Shown: piece after piece, positions 61,194 through 64,000 of the stretch | Numbering within the stretch: the first letter of the stretch is position 1 | Layout of the letters: each line of letters opens with the position of its first letter | Notes under the pieces: model-generated | Seen by the model: the letters and a program-made list of their open reading frames with translations, nothing else | The model's database searches: none | What the model was told of the DNA's origin: nothing | Source: a virus | Taxonomy: Duplodnaviria > Caudoviricetes | Direction: 5' to 3' (one strand) | Virus record (IMG/VR): IMGVR_UViG_3300037780_000050 | Location: 19,899 to 83,898 of that record | Length of the DNA stretch: 64,000 nt | Program-made: the position numbers and the translations under genes

Positions 61194-61247
61194 GGGCCGA
61201 TAATTCCAGGCCGTAGGTTGCGAGCGGGCAACTACTGCCGATAGGGT
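61194..61247 (+). promoter_or_regulatory. early promoter module, copy 1 (51-bp core)
   Basis: GGGCCGATAATTCCAGGCCGTAGGTTGCGAGCGGGCAACTACTGCCGATAG; TTGCGA-18-TAGGGT. Confidence 0.8.
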
Positions 61248-61291
61248 CAGCGCACCGGCCCAACCGGGGCCGCTAGCTAGGAGCCACCACT

Positions 61292-61675
61292 ATGAGTCAC
61301 ACCGTTACGATTGCCGATGTTCGGGCCATGGCCCGACGCTATGAGCGGGCCGCACGGTCCGCGGGCATGGTGCCCGATGGGGCCCGCTTCGTCCTAGACG
61401 AAGGTTCGAAGTACTACGGCCGCGCCTACCGCGTCGCCATGGTGCCCGCGGGCACCACGGGGCACCACGAAGCGCCGGGAATCCGCGCGGCGGGGTACAT
61501 CGGCATGACGAAGCGCGAAGCGTACGACGCGTTGGGCTACATCGCTGCCGCTATCGAAGACACGGTTCACGCGCTCATCACACGATGCCCCGAAGCTGTG
61601 TATGTAGTGCCAGAGTCCGCGATCACAATCGCCCCCGACCCTTTCGCCACCGATGACGATGGGGGCCACCGATGA
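61292..61675 (+). CDS. early hypothetical protein
   Basis: AGGAG RBS; GSKYYGRAYR and GYIGMTKREAY. Confidence 0.7.
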   Translation: MSHTVTIADVRAMARRYERAARSAGMVPDGARFVLDEGSKYYGRAYRVAMVPAGTTGHHEAPGIRAAGYIGMTKREAYDALGYIAAAIEDTVHALITRCPEAVYVVPESAITIAPDPFATDDDGGHR

Positions 61676-61881
61676 TCGTCGCCACCGCTTACACCGTCGG
61701 GGCCGATACTGGTCGTCGCGGCACAATCGCCCCCGATGCATGGCCCGTCACGTTCTACGGCCCCGACGGGGCCCCCGTCATGGTGCGCCACTACCGACTG
61801 TGCCGCACCGCTCGCACCGCGATTGACACAGCGGGCCGCTATGTCTTCCACACTCTGACCGATACCGGGGGCCACCGATGA
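61672..61881 (+). CDS. early hypothetical protein
   Basis: GGGGGCCACCGATGA junction at both ends. Confidence 0.55.
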   Translation: MIVATAYTVGADTGRRGTIAPDAWPVTFYGPDGAPVMVRHYRLCRTARTAIDTAGRYVFHTLTDTGGHR

Positions 61882-62468
61882 ACGCGCATGATTGCGCAGC
61901 GCATACGGTGCGCTGTGGGACGAACGAAGTTCACCAATGGTGCGAGCAATGCGACCCCGCGCCCGCGGCGCTGTGCCATTGGTGTCACGGTCGGGGCCAC
62001 AGTACGGCCCCCATGGGGCCCGCTGCGAGACTCGCGGAGTTGTACGTCGCGGGCTATGCGAGCGAGTACCTAGCGGGCCCCGATGCCGATGCGCTGCGCT
62101 TGCCATGGCAAGCGGTGGCCATGGCGCAGGATTGGCACGGCGGGCAATCGACCATGCTGTACGCACTCGCCAGTACCGGTGCGCTGCGCTGTGGTCGTCG
62201 GCACGACCCCGAACTACTCGCGTCGCTGTGTGATGCGCTCGCGAGTGAGTGGAGCGATGTAGCCCGCGACGAATCAACCGACGGGGCACAGCGGGCCGCT
62301 ACTGCGTTTGCTGATGCGGCCCGGTATGCGACCCATGTTCTAGATCCCGATGAGTATGAACCGATCGGGGCCGATGCCATGGTCGCCATGGTGGAAACAC
62401 TGTGTGAGCTAGTGGTGAGCGATTGGGACCCGCGCAGCGATGACGAGATGATCGGGGGCGACCGATGA
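61878..62468 (+). CDS. early hypothetical protein with N-terminal Cys/His cluster
   Basis: WCEQC and CHWCHG; ATGA-coupled. Confidence 0.6.
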   Translation: MNAHDCAAHTVRCGTNEVHQWCEQCDPAPAALCHWCHGRGHSTAPMGPAARLAELYVAGYASEYLAGPDADALRLPWQAVAMAQDWHGGQSTMLYALASTGALRCGRRHDPELLASLCDALASEWSDVARDESTDGAQRAATAFADAARYATHVLDPDEYEPIGADAMVAMVETLCELVVSDWDPRSDDEMIGGDR

Positions 62469-62803
62469 GCGGCCCCCGTCGCATCGTCGCCACTCTGGCG
62501 ATTGCGCTCGCAATCGTCACAGCGGCCCCCACAATGGCCACAGCGGCCCCCGTGGTGCGCGAGCGCATCGGTTGGGGCGAAGCGGTGGCCATCGATCACA
62601 GCGGCCCGATGTGCTGGCATTACAACGTACGGCCCAACGGTCGTCGCGTTGCTGTGATCATCGGTGGCGAGCGGGCCGCACGCGGTGCACCGTGCCGCGG
62701 CCCCCGGTTGGCCCGCTTCGTACTGCCGCGCCGGTCCCACGAAGATTCGATAACCGTTTTCGCAACCGGTGCCCGCGTGATCGTATGGGTGGCCGATCGG
62801 TAG
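62465..62803 (+). CDS. early protein with signal peptide or membrane anchor
   Basis: Basic N-terminus, hydrophobic stretch, AxA. Confidence 0.55.
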   Translation: MSGPRRIVATLAIALAIVTAAPTMATAAPVVRERIGWGEAVAIDHSGPMCWHYNVRPNGRRVAVIIGGERAARGAPCRGPRLARFVLPRRSHEDSITVFATGARVIVWVADR

Positions 62804-62847
62804 CGGCCCCGATGCCCCACGAACGGCCCCCGTGCCCCTAGCTGGGA

Positions 62848-62966
62848 CGGGGGCCGCTTCGCGCCCGGGCCGATAATTCCAGGCCGTAGGTTGCGAGCGG
62901 GCAACTACTGCCGATAGTGTCACTCCCAGCGGCCCCCACCGGGGGCCCCGACAGATAGGAGCCACC
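62848..62966 (+). promoter_or_regulatory. early promoter module, copy 2 (119 bp identical to copy 3)
   Basis: 51-bp core at 62867-62917; TTGCGA-18-TAGTGT; GGCCCCC-ACC-GGGGGCC hairpin; AGGAG RBS. Confidence 0.85.
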
Positions 62967-62970
62967 ACCA

Positions 62971-63828
62971 ATGCACACAGCGACCGATTACAAGCTCACA
63001 GCGGGCCAAGGCTACCCGTGCCCCTACTGTGGGGCCTGCGCGGAGTTCGACCAGTACGTGGGCGGCCCCGACTCGCCCCCGTACGAAGCTCACAGCGATG
63101 AGTGGCACAGCGGGCCCTACTACTGCAGTAGCTGCGGGGGCCGCGTTGCATACTCCGGCCCGGTGCAGTCGCACAAGTTCCAGTCCCACGCCGCGCAGTA
63201 CGTTTACGAACTGGCGATGGACGGCGCTGCCGACGAAGCGGGATCGGTCGGTTCCACAATGTGGGTCGCCATGGTGGCCATGGCAGACGATGAGTGTCGG
63301 CAGTACGCAGCGATCGGGGGCGATCCCACGGCCCGCTTCGTCATCGTGGGCGAAGATGGCCAGGGTTTCGTCGATATCGTCGCGGAGTACGCAACCGACG
63401 AAGCGGCCGAAGCGGCCGCCGATGGGTGGCCCTATTGGGTCGCCATGGTCGATCCCGACGATGGCCCCACCGATGAGTTGGGCCCCGTGGTATCGGTCAC
63501 CCGTGCCCCCGACGATGGGGCCCCCACCTACGCAACCGGCCCCACCGGTATCGCCCCCACCGCTATCGGTCGGTTGATCAACGGGGGCCGCTTCGTATTC
63601 TGGACTGCCGACGGTGGCGCAGGGATGGCCATCGCCCACAACCCCGCGAGCTACGGCCGTACCATGGCATCGGGCAATGTGTGGGCAATGATCCGGTGGA
63701 ACGAAGCGCAACCGGGCCGCGACCCACAAGCTGCGCTTGTGGTCGACATCCCTGCAATGATCGATGACGACAAGCTGAGCGCGTTGTTGACCGCGATCAA
63801 CCGGGCCAAAGATGAGCTTGGGCTGTAG
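62971..63828 (+). CDS. early hypothetical protein with N-terminal Zn ribbon
   Basis: CPYC and CSSC; 285 aa; flanked by two promoter modules. Confidence 0.7.
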   Translation: MHTATDYKLTAGQGYPCPYCGACAEFDQYVGGPDSPPYEAHSDEWHSGPYYCSSCGGRVAYSGPVQSHKFQSHAAQYVYELAMDGAADEAGSVGSTMWVAMVAMADDECRQYAAIGGDPTARFVIVGEDGQGFVDIVAEYATDEAAEAAADGWPYWVAMVDPDDGPTDELGPVVSVTRAPDDGAPTYATGPTGIAPTAIGRLINGGRFVFWTADGGAGMAIAHNPASYGRTMASGNVWAMIRWNEAQPGRDPQAALVVDIPAMIDDDKLSALLTAINRAKDELGL

Positions 63829-63881
63829 CCCATAGCGGCCCCCAACCGGCCCCCACGAACGGCCCCCACTAGATCAGCTAG

Positions 63882-64000
63882 CGGGGGCCGCTTCGCGCCC
63901 GGGCCGATAATTCCAGGCCGTAGGTTGCGAGCGGGCAACTACTGCCGATAGTGTCACTCCCAGCGGCCCCCACCGGGGGCCCCGACAGATAGGAGCCACC
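63882..64000 (+). promoter_or_regulatory. early promoter module, copy 3
   Basis: Identical to 62848-62966; runs to the window end just before the next expected start codon. Confidence 0.85.

Noticed and set aside
61194-63951. 51-bp repeats as a CRISPR array, given the Cas4-like gene
   Set aside because: The intervening sequences are ~1-1.6 kb and contain genes; no cas1, cas2 or effector genes. Solo Cas4-like nucleases are common in phages.

Overview
About 64 kb from a large high-GC tailed phage (siphovirus-type: long tape measure, no sheath gene seen). The host is most likely an actinomycete, since it carries WhiB, an actinophage-type holin and SigA-like promoters. Essentially all credible genes are on the + strand. 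Layout: (1) 1-18.2 kb, neck, tail and lysis genes, with a GT-B glycosyltransferase inside the tail operon, a -1 frameshift tail chaperone, a LysM-bearing tape measure protein, an apparently split baseplate-hub gene and an S74-chaperoned tail fibre. (2) 18.2-26 kb, SNF2 helicase, FliA/WhiG-like sigma factor, an array of short ORFs joined by conserved TCATGA junctions, and a displaced M15-type endolysin. (3) 26-60.5 kb, replication, recombination and nucleotide metabolism: DnaB, stand-alone primase Zn finger, second sigma-like gene, family A polymerase with a DnaE-like C-terminal domain, a full bacterial-style clamp system (DnaN, DnaX, HolA-like, HolB-like), gp32-like SSB, RecA, resolvase, WhiB, Mre11 with a split Rad50, Cas4-like nuclease, MazG, ThyX, a 983-aa radical SAM fusion, a GT-A glycosyltransferase and a nucleotidyltransferase. 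(4) 60.5-64 kb, a repeat- and palindrome-rich non-coding junction (origin or terminus candidate), then an early-type region built from repeated promoter modules. No integrase, tRNA, rRNA, CRISPR array or transposase was seen. All functional calls come from motif recognition by eye; no database search was run.
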